From Eubacteriales bacterium (GTDB taxonomy: Bacteria; Bacillota; Clostridia; Oscillospirales; CAG-272), in the NCBI GenBank assembly GCA_051867875.1, contig JBJDZG010000026.1, positions 42,071 through 106,070 on the forward strand: a stretch of DNA of 64,000 nt. Reading direction: 5' to 3'. The notes under the pieces are model-generated. The model was not told where the DNA came from. It saw only the letters and a program-made list of their open reading frames with translations, and ran no database searches. The position numbers were made by a program, and so were the translations under genes. The first letter of the stretch is position 1. Each line of letters opens with the position of its first letter. Positions 45,992-55,880 of this stretch are shown piece by piece.

Positions 45992-48664
45992 ATGAATTTC
46001 TACAACAAATCTACGGGGGAAGTTCTTTCGCATTTCAATACGAATGAGTCCGGACTTTCTTCGTCGGAAGCAAGTGCAAGACTTGAGAAAAACGGCAAAA
46101 ACAAGCTTGCCGAGGGCAAAAAAGAATCAATGATTCAAAGATTCTTAAAACAGCTCGCGGAACCCATGACGATAATTCTCATCGTTGCGGCAGTTATTTC
46201 GGCGGCTCTCGCTATCTTTGAGCAGGAGTTTCCCTCCGATACCATTATCATTCTTGCAGTAGTTCTTATCAATGCGATTTTGGGAGTTTTGCAGGAGAGC
46301 AAAGCCGAAAAAGCCATTGAGGCACTTCAGGAGATTGCCGCCGCTACGAGCAAAGTAATCCGCGACGGACGTCAGATAACTGTCAAGAGCGAGGACCTTG
46401 TAGCAGGCGATATCATCGTGCTTGAAGCGGGCGACGCCGTTCCCGCAGATGCGCGAATTATCGAATGTGCTTCACTTAAAGCAGAGGAAGCGGCTCTCAC
46501 GGGCGAATCCGTTCCCGTAAACAAAACCGAAAACACAATAGATGCAGAGGAAGTAACTCTCGGCGACCGCAAAAACATGGTCTACATGGGCAGTGTCATC
46601 GTTTACGGACGCGGAAAAGCCGTCGTTACGGGCACGGGCATGGACACCGAGATGGGCAAAATTGCCGACGCTCTTGCAAATGCCGAAGAGGGCAAAACTC
46701 CTCTTCAGATAAAGCTCGCTCAGCTCTCAAAGGTGCTCACGGTTCTCGTTATCATTATTTCCGTTCTCGTGTTCGGTATCAACATAATCCGAGAGCTCGT
46801 TACAGTCGGCTCGTTCACTTTCGGCAAGGTAATGGACTTCTTTATGGTTGCTATTTCCCTCGCAGTTGCGGCAATTCCCGAGGGCCTTTCCACAGTCGTT
46901 ACGATAGTTCTCTCCATCGGCGTTACAAATATGTCGAAGAGAAACGCAATTATAAGAAAGCTCACCGCAGTTGAAACGCTCGGCTGTACGCAGATTATCT
47001 GCTCCGACAAGACGGGTACGCTCACTCAAAATAAAATGACGGTAGTTGACCACTACGGCGACGACGAGGCGCTTTTAGCAAATGTTATGTCGCTTTGCTC
47101 CGACGCAGAGTTTGATACCAATGAAAACACCGCAGTCGGTGAGCCCACGGAGTGTGCTCTCGTAAACTACGCCGAAACGCTCGGTCTTTCAAAGAACACG
47201 CAGAAAAATCTTTTCGTTCGCGTGGGCGAAGTTCCATTTGATTCCATGCGTAAAATGATGAGCACCGTTCACAGGACCGAGGACGGCTCACTTATACAGT
47301 TCACGAAGGGCGCTCCCGACGAGATTCTCAAAGTCTGCACAACCGCTCTTATCGGCGGCAAAGAAATTGCATTGACAGATGAGATAAGAGCCGAAATTCT
47401 TTCAGCTAACAAATCTATGGCTGATAATGCTCTGCGCGTGCTTGCGGGCTCGAAGAAAAATCTTGATTCTCTCCCCGAGGTATACGAAGCCGATGCGCTT
47501 GAGCGCGGTCTTTGTTTCGTCGGCATGGTCGGAATGATTGACCCCGTCCGTCCCGAGGTTAAGCCTGCTATTGACGAATGCCGTCTTGCGGGAATACGCC
47601 CCATTATGATTACGGGCGACCACAAGGACACTGCGGTAGCTATCGCTACTCAGCTCGGAATTATAAACGACGCCGGCGAAGCTATCACCGGCGCAGAGCT
47701 CGACGGCATATCCGACGAGGATTTCGACACCCTGGTTGAAAAATACTCCGTATATGCGCGCGTTCAGCCCGAGCACAAGACGAGAATAGTCAACGCTTGG
47801 CGTAAAAAGGGCAAGATTACCGCTATGACGGGGGACGGGGTCAACGACGCGCCCTCAATTAAGAATGCGGATATCGGTGTCGGTATGGGTATCACGGGCA
47901 CTGACGTAACAAAGAACGTTGCGGATATGATTTTGGCTGACGACAACTTTGCAACAATCGTATCCGCCGCAGGCGAGGGACGCAGAATTTATGACAATAT
48001 CAGAAAAGCCATTCAGTTCCTTCTCGCATCAAACCTTTCTGAAGTACTCACTATCTTCTTTGCAACGCTTTTCGGTGTCAACAGCATCTTCCTCCCCGCT
48101 CATCTTCTCTGGATAAATCTTATCACGGACTGCTTCCCCGCTCTCGCTCTCGGCATGGAAAAACCCGAAAGCGACGTTATGAAGCGCAAGCCCCGCGACT
48201 CAAAAGAGGGTATATTTGCGGACGGTCTCGGAGTGGCAGTCGTATATCAGGGACTTCTCGTAACAATTATCACACTTGCGTCATATTTCATCGGACGCGA
48301 CCTGCTCGCAGAGCTTCATCACGCTGACGCTATTGCCGCAGGTCATTACAGCGCGGAAATGCTCGGAACTTCAATGGCGTTTTTGACGCTGTCCATGGCG
48401 GAGATTTTCCACGCCTTCAATATGCGCTCGCTCAAGGGCTCTGTTTTCACGATGAAAACTCAAAACGTATGGCTCTGGGGTGCGGGACTTCTCTCCTTCC
48501 TCCTCACTACGGCGGTTATTGAGATAGATTTCCTTGCAAACGCATTCAGCCTTGCGCAGCTTGACCTCACCGAGTACGGTATTGCCATGGCTCTCGCGGT
48601 TTGCGTCATTCCCATCGTTGAGATAGTAAAGCTTATTCAAAGACTTATTTCAAAAAAGAAATAA
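45992..48664 (+). CDS. cation-transporting P-type ATPase (P2-type, Ca2+/Mn2+ class)
   Basis: 890 aa. TGES actuator motif, DKTGTLT phosphorylation site, MITGD, GDGVNDAPS. Confidence 0.9.
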   Translation: MNFYNKSTGEVLSHFNTNESGLSSSEASARLEKNGKNKLAEGKKESMIQRFLKQLAEPMTIILIVAAVISAALAIFEQEFPSDTIIILAVVLINAILGVLQESKAEKAIEALQEIAAATSKVIRDGRQITVKSEDLVAGDIIVLEAGDAVPADARIIECASLKAEEAALTGESVPVNKTENTIDAEEVTLGDRKNMVYMGSVIVYGRGKAVVTGTGMDTEMGKIADALANAEEGKTPLQIKLAQLSKVLTVLVIIISVLVFGINIIRELVTVGSFTFGKVMDFFMVAISLAVAAIPEGLSTVVTIVLSIGVTNMSKRNAIIRKLTAVETLGCTQIICSDKTGTLTQNKMTVVDHYGDDEALLANVMSLCSDAEFDTNENTAVGEPTECALVNYAETLGLSKNTQKNLFVRVGEVPFDSMRKMMSTVHRTEDGSLIQFTKGAPDEILKVCTTALIGGKEIALTDEIRAEILSANKSMADNALRVLAGSKKNLDSLPEVYEADALERGLCFVGMVGMIDPVRPEVKPAIDECRLAGIRPIMITGDHKDTAVAIATQLGIINDAGEAITGAELDGISDEDFDTLVEKYSVYARVQPEHKTRIVNAWRKKGKITAMTGDGVNDAPSIKNADIGVGMGITGTDVTKNVADMILADDNFATIVSAAGEGRRIYDNIRKAIQFLLASNLSEVLTIFFATLFGVNSIFLPAHLLWINLITDCFPALALGMEKPESDVMKRKPRDSKEGIFADGLGVAVVYQGLLVTIITLASYFIGRDLLAELHHADAIAAGHYSAEMLGTSMAFLTLSMAEIFHAFNMRSLKGSVFTMKTQNVWLWGAGLLSFLLTTAVIEIDFLANAFSLAQLDLTEYGIAMALAVCVIPIVEIVKLIQRLISKKK

Positions 48665-48676
48665 CTAATTAAAAAT

Positions 48677-48710
48677 AAAGTACCGCTTCCACAAGCGGTA
48701 CTTTTGCTTT
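48677..48710. terminator. bidirectional intrinsic terminator between the ATPase and cysteine desulfurase genes
   Basis: AAAGTACCGCTT-CCAC-AAGCGGTACTTT perfect 12-bp stem flanked by A and T runs. Confidence 0.8.
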
Positions 48711-49875
48711 ATTTGATTTTCACGAGTCTTGAAATTCCGTCGTCAAGTGCAGAAATAAGCTCGTCAATATCCTCTTTTGTATTCTCGGCGCAAAGACTGA
48801 TTCTCAAAGAGCAATCCGCGTCAAAGTCGGAAAGCCCGAACGCTCGCAGTGCACGGCTGACCTTTCTCGTGCCCGAATTTGAATGACAGGCAGAGCCGCT
48901 CGAAACATAAATTCCGTTCGCAGAGAGATGATGAAGCATGGTTTCGCTCTTAATGTTCGGAAGTGTTATATTTATAATGTGGGGCGCGCACTCGCCATAA
49001 GGCAAGTTTACCCTGACGTCAAGCTCTGCGAGCCTTTCCAGTGCGTATGCACGCAGCTCGCGCATTTTAGATATGTCTTTTGAGAGATTCTTAAATCCTC
49101 TCTCGGCAGCCGCTCCGAAGCCTACTATTCCCAATACGTTCTCCGTGCCCGAGCGGAACGCACTCTCCTGTCCGCCACCGTAAATTATGGGGCTGAGCTG
49201 TTTTTTCTTTATTACCTCGGGGCTGACGTAAAGCGCGCCCACGCCTTTCGGTCCGTGAATTTTATGTGCGCTCACGGTAATCAAATCCGCACAGAGGTCG
49301 GTGGGCGACACCTTGGCTTTCATATACGACTGAACTGCATCTGTATGAGTTACGACGTCGGGATTTACCTCTTTTGCATACTTAAAGCATTTTTTGATAT
49401 CGTAGAGTGCTCCCGTTTCATTGTTGACGTGCATCATTGTAACGAGAAGTGTATTTTTATTCACGGCGTTTTTGAACTGCTCAAAATCAATCACACCGCC
49501 GAGGGTTGAAATTCTTACAACCTCAAATCCGTCGGCTTCGAGAGCTTTTAAGGAGTTTTCAACTGCCGAATGCTCGGAATCGGTTGTGATTATTCTGTTT
49601 GCTCTGCGGGCTTTTGCGTAAGCCACGCCGAGAAGTGCGAGGTTGTCCGCCTCAGTTCCGCTTGCCGTAAATATCAGATTTTCCGGCTTTTCGCCGCGCA
49701 CAAAAAGCGAGGCGAGCACTCTGTTTCTCGCTTCGAGCAAGAGCTTTGATGCTTCAAAGCCCTTTTTGTGCAAGGACGAGGGGTTGCCGTAGCACTCCAT
49801 AGCCGTAAGCATTGCCTGCTTTGCCTCGTCGCAAAGTGCGGTTGTCGCGCTGTTATCAAGATATATTTCTCTCAT
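48709..49875 (-). CDS. cysteine desulfurase (class V aminotransferase, NifS/IscS-like)
   Basis: IYLDNSATT, SAHKIHGPKG (PLP lysine) and SSGSAC active-site Cys loop. I prefer ATG 49875 (MREIYLD), directly after the upstream stop. Confidence 0.85.
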   Translation of the reverse strand: MREIYLDNSATTALCDEAKQAMLTAMECYGNPSSLHKKGFEASKLLLEARNRVLASLFVRGEKPENLIFTASGTEADNLALLGVAYAKARRANRIITTDSEHSAVENSLKALEADGFEVVRISTLGGVIDFEQFKNAVNKNTLLVTMMHVNNETGALYDIKKCFKYAKEVNPDVVTHTDAVQSYMKAKVSPTDLCADLITVSAHKIHGPKGVGALYVSPEVIKKKQLSPIIYGGGQESAFRSGTENVLGIVGFGAAAERGFKNLSKDISKMRELRAYALERLAELDVRVNLPYGECAPHIINITLPNIKSETMLHHLSANGIYVSSGSACHSNSGTRKVSRALRAFGLSDFDADCSLRISLCAENTKEDIDELISALDDGISRLVKIK

Positions 49876-49876
49876 A

Positions 49877-51133
49877 TCAAGTCCTGTCAAGTACCGTCTG
49901 CGCGGCACTCATAATTCCTATTTTTCCGCTCTCGTAGGTGAGACCGCCTTGGAAATATACCGTATAAGGCGGTCTTATCGGTCCGTCTGCGGAAAGCTCT
50001 ATGGACGAGCCCTGTGTGAACGCTCCTGCCGCCATTATTACCTTATCCGTATAGCCCGGCATATCCCAAGGCTCGGGGGTAACGAAGGCATCAACGGGCG
50101 AGCCTGCCTGAATACCGCGGCAAAACGCGCAGAGCACCTCTGGGTTCTCGGTGATGACGGTCTGAATTATATCGGAGCGTTTTTCAGTCCACTTGGGAAC
50201 GGCGTTGTAGCCGAGTTTTTCAAACATATACGCCGCAAGATACGCCGTTTTGAGCGCCTGAACGGTCGTATGGGGGGCGTAGAAAAGCCCTTTATACATA
50301 TTCTTATTCTGACCTATCGTTGCACCTACTTCTCCGCCCGTTCCGGGTGAGGTAAGGCGGTAGGAAACGAGCTCTACCGCTCTCTTTGTGCCCGCAAAGT
50401 ACGCGCCCGTTTCAGCCATACCGCCGCCGGGATTTTTTATAAGCGAGCCGACACACAGGTCAGCACCCACCTCGGTGGGCTCTTTTTCTTCTACAAATTC
50501 ACCGTAACAGTTATCAACTACCACGAAGGTTTCAGGGGAGCGGGATTTGACAAAGCGAGCCATCTCGCCTATTTCATCGACGGTAAGAGTTCTGCGGTTA
50601 AGGTACCCCTTTGAGCGCTGAATAAAGACCATTTTTATTCTCTTCGAGTTCTCTCTGAGTGCCTTTTCCACTGCCGTATAATCAAAAGTTCCCTCACCGT
50701 TAAGTTCAATCTGGCGGTATTCGACGCCGAAATCTTTAAGAGAACCGTTTCCGCTCTCACCTGAGATGCCTATTACTTCCTCAAGCGTATCATAGGGCTT
50801 TCCCGCGACGGAGAGCATAATATCACCGGGGCGCAAGATGCCGAAAAGTGCTACCGTGAGCGCATGTGTACCGTTGGCGACGGAGTGGCGGACGAGTGCT
50901 TTTTCCGAGCCGAAAACGTCAGCCCATATCTCTTCGAGCGTTTCTCTGCCCTTATCGTCGTATCCGTAACCGCTCGTGGAACCAAAATGGCTCTCGGAAA
51001 CGCGGTGGGACGCAAAGGAGTTCATCACTCTTTGAGTATTCTTAAAGGAGAGCCTGTCCAGCTCGGCAAATGTATTTGCCAAGGCGAGCTCTGCTTCCTC
51101 TGCGAGTGACAAAACTCTATTTGAAAATTCCAT
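49877..51133 (-). CDS. PLP-dependent methionine gamma-lyase family protein (YnbB / aluminium-resistance-protein family)
   Basis: 418 aa, collinear with the YnbB-like family (GSTSGYGYDDKGRETLE..., SLIKNPGGG). Confidence 0.8.
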   Translation of the reverse strand: MEFSNRVLSLAEEAELALANTFAELDRLSFKNTQRVMNSFASHRVSESHFGSTSGYGYDDKGRETLEEIWADVFGSEKALVRHSVANGTHALTVALFGILRPGDIMLSVAGKPYDTLEEVIGISGESGNGSLKDFGVEYRQIELNGEGTFDYTAVEKALRENSKRIKMVFIQRSKGYLNRRTLTVDEIGEMARFVKSRSPETFVVVDNCYGEFVEEKEPTEVGADLCVGSLIKNPGGGMAETGAYFAGTKRAVELVSYRLTSPGTGGEVGATIGQNKNMYKGLFYAPHTTVQALKTAYLAAYMFEKLGYNAVPKWTEKRSDIIQTVITENPEVLCAFCRGIQAGSPVDAFVTPEPWDMPGYTDKVIMAAGAFTQGSSIELSADGPIRPPYTVYFQGGLTYESGKIGIMSAAQTVLDRT

Positions 51134-51142
51134 AATTACTCC

Positions 51143-52138
51143 TTAATTTTTAATAAACTCAACTGCGAGCTCTACGCAAGCGCGGACGTCGTTCATATCT
51201 ATCATCTCAACGCCCGAGTGAATATATCTTGAAGGAATGGAGAGCGCACCTGCGCGAGCGCCTGCGCCCGTCATCTGAATGGACGAGGTATCCGTTCCGC
51301 CGTAAGCAAGAATTTCAAGCTGGGATTTGATATTCTTCTCTTTTGAGAGAGTCCCGAGCTTTTCAACGATATCGACGTCGCATATTACGGACATATCCTT
51401 AATCTTGATTGCCGCACCGCCGCCGAGCTTGACTGCCATGGGCTTTGAGCCTGACGTATCACCCGTTCCCGTTACGTCAAACGTGAGTGAATAGTCGGGT
51501 GCTACTTCAAAAGCGGCGGTTTTAGAGCCTCTGCAACCAACCTCTTCCTGAACGCTGAATACGTAATAAATGTCGTCTGCAACGTTTTCTTTTGCAATCT
51601 GCTTTGCAATTTCGATTACAACGGCACAGCCCACTCTGTCGTCAAGAGGTCTGCCTACGACTCTCTGTCCTGCGAGCTTGCTTATATTGGATTTGAGCGC
51701 GAAGGTATCGCCGATTTTAACCTTTCTCTCGGCATTTTTTCCCGAGTCCGCGCCGATATCTATGTAGAAAAGGTCGGGAGCGAAGTCCTGCGCCTTAGTG
51801 CCCGAATTTGGCACGAGAACGCCGTGAGTTCCGTTTTCCGAGATGACCTCGCCGAAGGCACAAGCTACCCAATTAATGCCGCCCACGGGAGCAACTCTGA
51901 TAAATCCGTTATCCTCAATAAAGTTGACAATAAAACCTATCTCGTCCATGTGCGCGCAGAGCATAATCTTCTTGGGATTTTCTGCGCTTCCCCTCTTTAC
52001 GGCGATAAGATTTCCGAGCGCGTCGATATAAGAGCTGTCGCAATAGGGTGTGATGAGCTCTTCGACTTTATGTGCCACGCGGTGCTCCTTACCCGAAACA
52101 CCGTGAACGAGTGTTACCTGTTTTAATGTATTGTACAT
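51143..52138 (-). CDS. M42 family metallopeptidase (paralog 3)
   Basis: 331 aa. HMDEIGF, DDRVGC and QEEVG motifs. Confidence 0.85.
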   Translation of the reverse strand: MYNTLKQVTLVHGVSGKEHRVAHKVEELITPYCDSSYIDALGNLIAVKRGSAENPKKIMLCAHMDEIGFIVNFIEDNGFIRVAPVGGINWVACAFGEVISENGTHGVLVPNSGTKAQDFAPDLFYIDIGADSGKNAERKVKIGDTFALKSNISKLAGQRVVGRPLDDRVGCAVVIEIAKQIAKENVADDIYYVFSVQEEVGCRGSKTAAFEVAPDYSLTFDVTGTGDTSGSKPMAVKLGGGAAIKIKDMSVICDVDIVEKLGTLSKEKNIKSQLEILAYGGTDTSSIQMTGAGARAGALSIPSRYIHSGVEMIDMNDVRACVELAVEFIKN

Positions 52139-52142
52139 AATA

Positions 52143-53210
52143 TTAAACCTCCGCTTTCATATTTTTTAGCATTGTAAATACAAGCTCTCTTATTGACGTA
52201 TAGTCCTCCATGCTTGCAACGCAGGCGGGAGAATGAAGATATCTCGTTCCCATTGATATGGCAACACACTTGACTCCCTTGCCCGATTTATGGATATGCC
52301 CTGCGTCGTTACCGCCCGAAACGTATCTCTTGACCTGAGCCTTGATACCGTTTTCCTTGGCAGTGCCGAGTGTAAAATCGACAAATTCCGTATTGTAGAT
52401 GGTTGAGCGGTCCATAATGGACACGACTCCGCCCTCTCCTACGTCAGCTACTCTCTTATGTGCGGGTGCGCCTGCGATATCTCCGATAGCAGTAGTTTCA
52501 AGGATAATGGCACGCGAGGGCTTTACCTTTTCCGCGACAACCTTTGCGCCCGAAAGTCCTACTTCTTCGCGTACGGTAAAGCAGAAATACACGTCAAAAG
52601 GAAGCTTGAGGTTATTTTCCCTTATCTTTCTGATGACTTCAATCATAGCGCAGCAGCCCGCTCTGTCGTCTATAGCCTTTCCCTTTGCGTACTTTTTGTC
52701 CGTACCGAAGAAAACGAAATCGGAATTGAACACGCCGAAATCGCCGACGTTTACGTACTCGCGCACCTCGTCGCCGTCCTTTGCGCCGATGTCTATGTAC
52801 ATTTCCTTAACGGGAGTTACGCTGAATCTCTCCTCACGGCTTTTATGGTGTATTGCCTTTGCGGCTATAACGCCGTTTATTCTGTGATTCTCGTTTCCGA
52901 GAATTACCTGCTTACCGTAAAGCACCTTGGGGTCGATGCCGCCGAGATTTGAAAAATGGATATATCCGTCGTCGTCAATGAAAGTAATCATAAAGCCCAC
53001 TTCGTCCATATGCGAGGATATCATAACTCTGTCGCGGGGGGCTTGTCCCTCTCCCTCGATTACGGCGTAAATGTTTCCAAAGCTGTCGCGTGCTACTCTG
53101 TCGCAGTCATTTCCGAGCTCTTCGGTGATGGCGTCAGCGACCTCAGCTTCAAATCCTGTAGGACCGAATTTTCCGCAAAGATATTCCAAAAGTTCTCTGC
53201 CTTCTCTCAT
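52143..53210 (-). CDS. M42 family metallopeptidase (paralog 2)
   Basis: 355 aa. HMDEVGF, DDRAGC and REEVG motifs. Confidence 0.85.
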   Translation of the reverse strand: MREGRELLEYLCGKFGPTGFEAEVADAITEELGNDCDRVARDSFGNIYAVIEGEGQAPRDRVMISSHMDEVGFMITFIDDDGYIHFSNLGGIDPKVLYGKQVILGNENHRINGVIAAKAIHHKSREERFSVTPVKEMYIDIGAKDGDEVREYVNVGDFGVFNSDFVFFGTDKKYAKGKAIDDRAGCCAMIEVIRKIRENNLKLPFDVYFCFTVREEVGLSGAKVVAEKVKPSRAIILETTAIGDIAGAPAHKRVADVGEGGVVSIMDRSTIYNTEFVDFTLGTAKENGIKAQVKRYVSGGNDAGHIHKSGKGVKCVAISMGTRYLHSPACVASMEDYTSIRELVFTMLKNMKAEV

Positions 53211-54262
53211 ATTTCAAGTCCTCCTTTGGCGAAATGTTCCGCAATCTTTGCGTCCTTTATAAAGGCTTTGACGAGTTCAGTAAGAGTGTTTGCATCGTCA
53301 AGTGAAATTATCTCGTTATACGTATGCATTGATGCGAGCGGAAGTCCCACGTCAACCGTCGGGATACCCTCTCTTGCAAGCTGAATGGATACCGCATTGG
53401 TTCCCGTATGCGTAGGAGAAACGGACACCTGATGCGGTATCTTATTTTCCTTTGCAATATCGAAAAGCATATTCGTAAGTTTTCTGTCGGTTACTGCGGA
53501 GACAGTAATGGACGGACCTTTGCCAATCTCAACCGTTTCCTCTTTTTTAGTTCCGGGCACTCTGCCGAGGTTTACGTCAATGGACATAGCGTAGTCGGCG
53601 TTTATGGCATACGCTCCGGGGAGCGCCATGCCCGTAACCTCTTCACAGCAGGAGAGCATTACGTATACGTCGCCTGCGAGTTCATCTTTGGGCGTATTTG
53701 CGACTGCGTAAATCGCGCAAGCCGCGCAAGCCTTATCGTCAAAGCTCTTACCCATAATCTTATTGCCGAGCAACTCGGTATATTTGGGTGCAAATCCGAC
53801 GGGTGTGCCTATTCTTATCTTGCTTTCAAGCTCCTCTTTTGTAAGGCAGGTATCTATAAGAAGCTCGTCAATCTTGGGAAGCTCCTTATTATCCCCGCTC
53901 GCAAGGTGGGGCGGAGTTGATGCGATAACGCCGAAAAGTCTTTCTTCCTTTCCGTAAATTATGACGTCGCTCGCCTGTAAAATTCCCGTGTCGATGCCTC
54001 CGATATTGATGACGCGGAGAAATCCGCCGTCAAGAATCTCGGTTACGTACATTCCTATCTCGTCCATGTGTGCGTCAAGCATAATCTTAGGTGCTCCGTC
54101 GCGTCCGCAACGCTTGACAAAAATCTGATTTCCGACGTTATCGAGATAGCTTTCGTCAAAGCTGTCGCCGACCATGGAAAGCAGTTTTTCTCTTTCAAAC
54201 CTCTCAAAACCGCCTATGCTCATAAGCGAGGAGAGGTCTACTATCAGATTTTTAAGTTCCAT
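53207..54262 (-). CDS. M42 family metallopeptidase (paralog 1)
   Basis: 351 aa. HMDEIGM, DDKACA and CEEVTG motifs (more divergent). 4-nt overlap with paralog 2. Confidence 0.8.
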   Translation of the reverse strand: MELKNLIVDLSSLMSIGGFERFEREKLLSMVGDSFDESYLDNVGNQIFVKRCGRDGAPKIMLDAHMDEIGMYVTEILDGGFLRVINIGGIDTGILQASDVIIYGKEERLFGVIASTPPHLASGDNKELPKIDELLIDTCLTKEELESKIRIGTPVGFAPKYTELLGNKIMGKSFDDKACAACAIYAVANTPKDELAGDVYVMLSCCEEVTGMALPGAYAINADYAMSIDVNLGRVPGTKKEETVEIGKGPSITVSAVTDRKLTNMLFDIAKENKIPHQVSVSPTHTGTNAVSIQLAREGIPTVDVGLPLASMHTYNEIISLDDANTLTELVKAFIKDAKIAEHFAKGGLEI

Positions 54263-54280
54263 ATATTTTTCTCCTATCCG

Positions 54281-55699
54281 TTAAAAGTCTTTTACTATCT
54301 GTTTGAATTTGTTTCCGCGCTCCTCAAAGTTCTTGAAGGCATCAAAGCTTGCGCAGGCCGGCGAAAGAAGAACGGTATCACCGCTCATTGCCATGCTCTT
54401 TGCAAGCAGCACTGCTTTTTCAAAATCCTTTTCGGTGCAAAGTACAAGCTCGGCTTTTCGCCTCTCAAGTTCCGTTTGCAAAACGGCTTTTATCTTTTCC
54501 GCAGTTGCGCCCGTGAGCACTACCGCTTTTGCTCTGTCGCAAAGCGCCTCTGCCAAAGGCTCAAACGGTATATTTTTATCATAACCGCCACAGATTACTA
54601 TGGGCTTTTCGGATAACGCCGAAAGTGCCGCAGCGGTTCTTGAGGGACTTGAATCGATTGAGCTGTTGTAATACTTTACTCCGTTGTACTCTCGCACGAA
54701 TTCAAGTCTGTGCTCCACTCCGCCAAAGGTTTTTGCGAGCTCTCTTATTTTTTCAATCCCAACCTCGCCCCACGTAAGCGAAATGGCGGACATATAATTT
54801 TCGATGTTGTGAACTCCCGGCACCAAAATCTCGCCCGTATTGAGTATATCCTCACTGTTCTTACCGTCGTAATACTTGATAAATCCGTCCCGAAGGTAAA
54901 ACACCGAGTTTGCTTTCGGCATTCTGCGAAGTATTTCGCCGAGTGTAAGGTGAGCCGAAAAAAGACTTGTTTCAATACCGCACCGACGGGCATTTTCAAG
55001 GCAGACCTCGTCATTTGCATTAGTGGTAAGATGAGAAGCACCTCTGCGGTAAACATTCGTCTTGGCTTCAATATACTCGCTCATTCCCCTATGCCAATCG
55101 AGGTGGTTGGGGCTGATGTTGGTTATTACCGCGCGATGTGGCGACTTTTTCATCGTGAAAAGCTGAAAGCTCGAAAGTTCAAGCACGGCTATATCGTTTT
55201 CCGTCATATCTCCCACTTTTGAGAGCAAGGGCGTGCCGATGTTACCGCCGACAAATACTTTTCTGTTTGTATTCTCAAACGCTTTTTCAAGCAATTTATA
55301 ACTGAGCGTCGTTGTAGTGGTCTTTCCGTCGCTTCCCGTGACCGCAAACACCTTTGCGGGAGTCAGCTCGAGGAAAAGCTCCATTTCGGAGATGAGCTCC
55401 GCACCGCCCTTGACGGCTTTTACGATTCCCTCATAATCAGGTCGGATTCCGGGTGAGCGAAAGATGATATCGGCGTCGATTTGGTCGAGATAACGCTCCC
55501 CCGTGACGAATTTTACACCGCGCGCCATAAAATCCTTTGCGCGTGCGTCAAGGCGGTCTATGCCGTTTTTATCGTGTACGGTTATTTCGTTTCCGCATTC
55601 GAGCAGAAGAGCAACGAGCGGAATGTTTGATATGCCGAAGCCAAGCACCGCCACTCTTGCGTCCTTTATTCTGTTTTTCACAAGCTCAACAGTTCTCAT
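54281..55699 (-). CDS. murD: UDP-N-acetylmuramoyl-L-alanine--D-glutamate ligase
   Basis: 472 aa. GFGISN N-terminal domain, Mur ligase P-loop GSDGKTTT. Confidence 0.92.
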   Translation of the reverse strand: MRTVELVKNRIKDARVAVLGFGISNIPLVALLLECGNEITVHDKNGIDRLDARAKDFMARGVKFVTGERYLDQIDADIIFRSPGIRPDYEGIVKAVKGGAELISEMELFLELTPAKVFAVTGSDGKTTTTTLSYKLLEKAFENTNRKVFVGGNIGTPLLSKVGDMTENDIAVLELSSFQLFTMKKSPHRAVITNISPNHLDWHRGMSEYIEAKTNVYRRGASHLTTNANDEVCLENARRCGIETSLFSAHLTLGEILRRMPKANSVFYLRDGFIKYYDGKNSEDILNTGEILVPGVHNIENYMSAISLTWGEVGIEKIRELAKTFGGVEHRLEFVREYNGVKYYNSSIDSSPSRTAAALSALSEKPIVICGGYDKNIPFEPLAEALCDRAKAVVLTGATAEKIKAVLQTELERRKAELVLCTEKDFEKAVLLAKSMAMSGDTVLLSPACASFDAFKNFEERGNKFKQIVKDF

Positions 55700-55880
55700 A
55701 ACGCCTCCGAGTACAAACTGACCTATTGTATATTATATATTTTTCTTTCACTTTTTGCAATAGAAAAATGCCGATATTTCGTTATTTTTTTCATAAAAGC
55801 CCTTTTCAAACGCAATTTTTTTTGGTATAATAAATTTTGTATGAAAAAACTTGCAAAATTATATCGAATTGGAGATAAAA

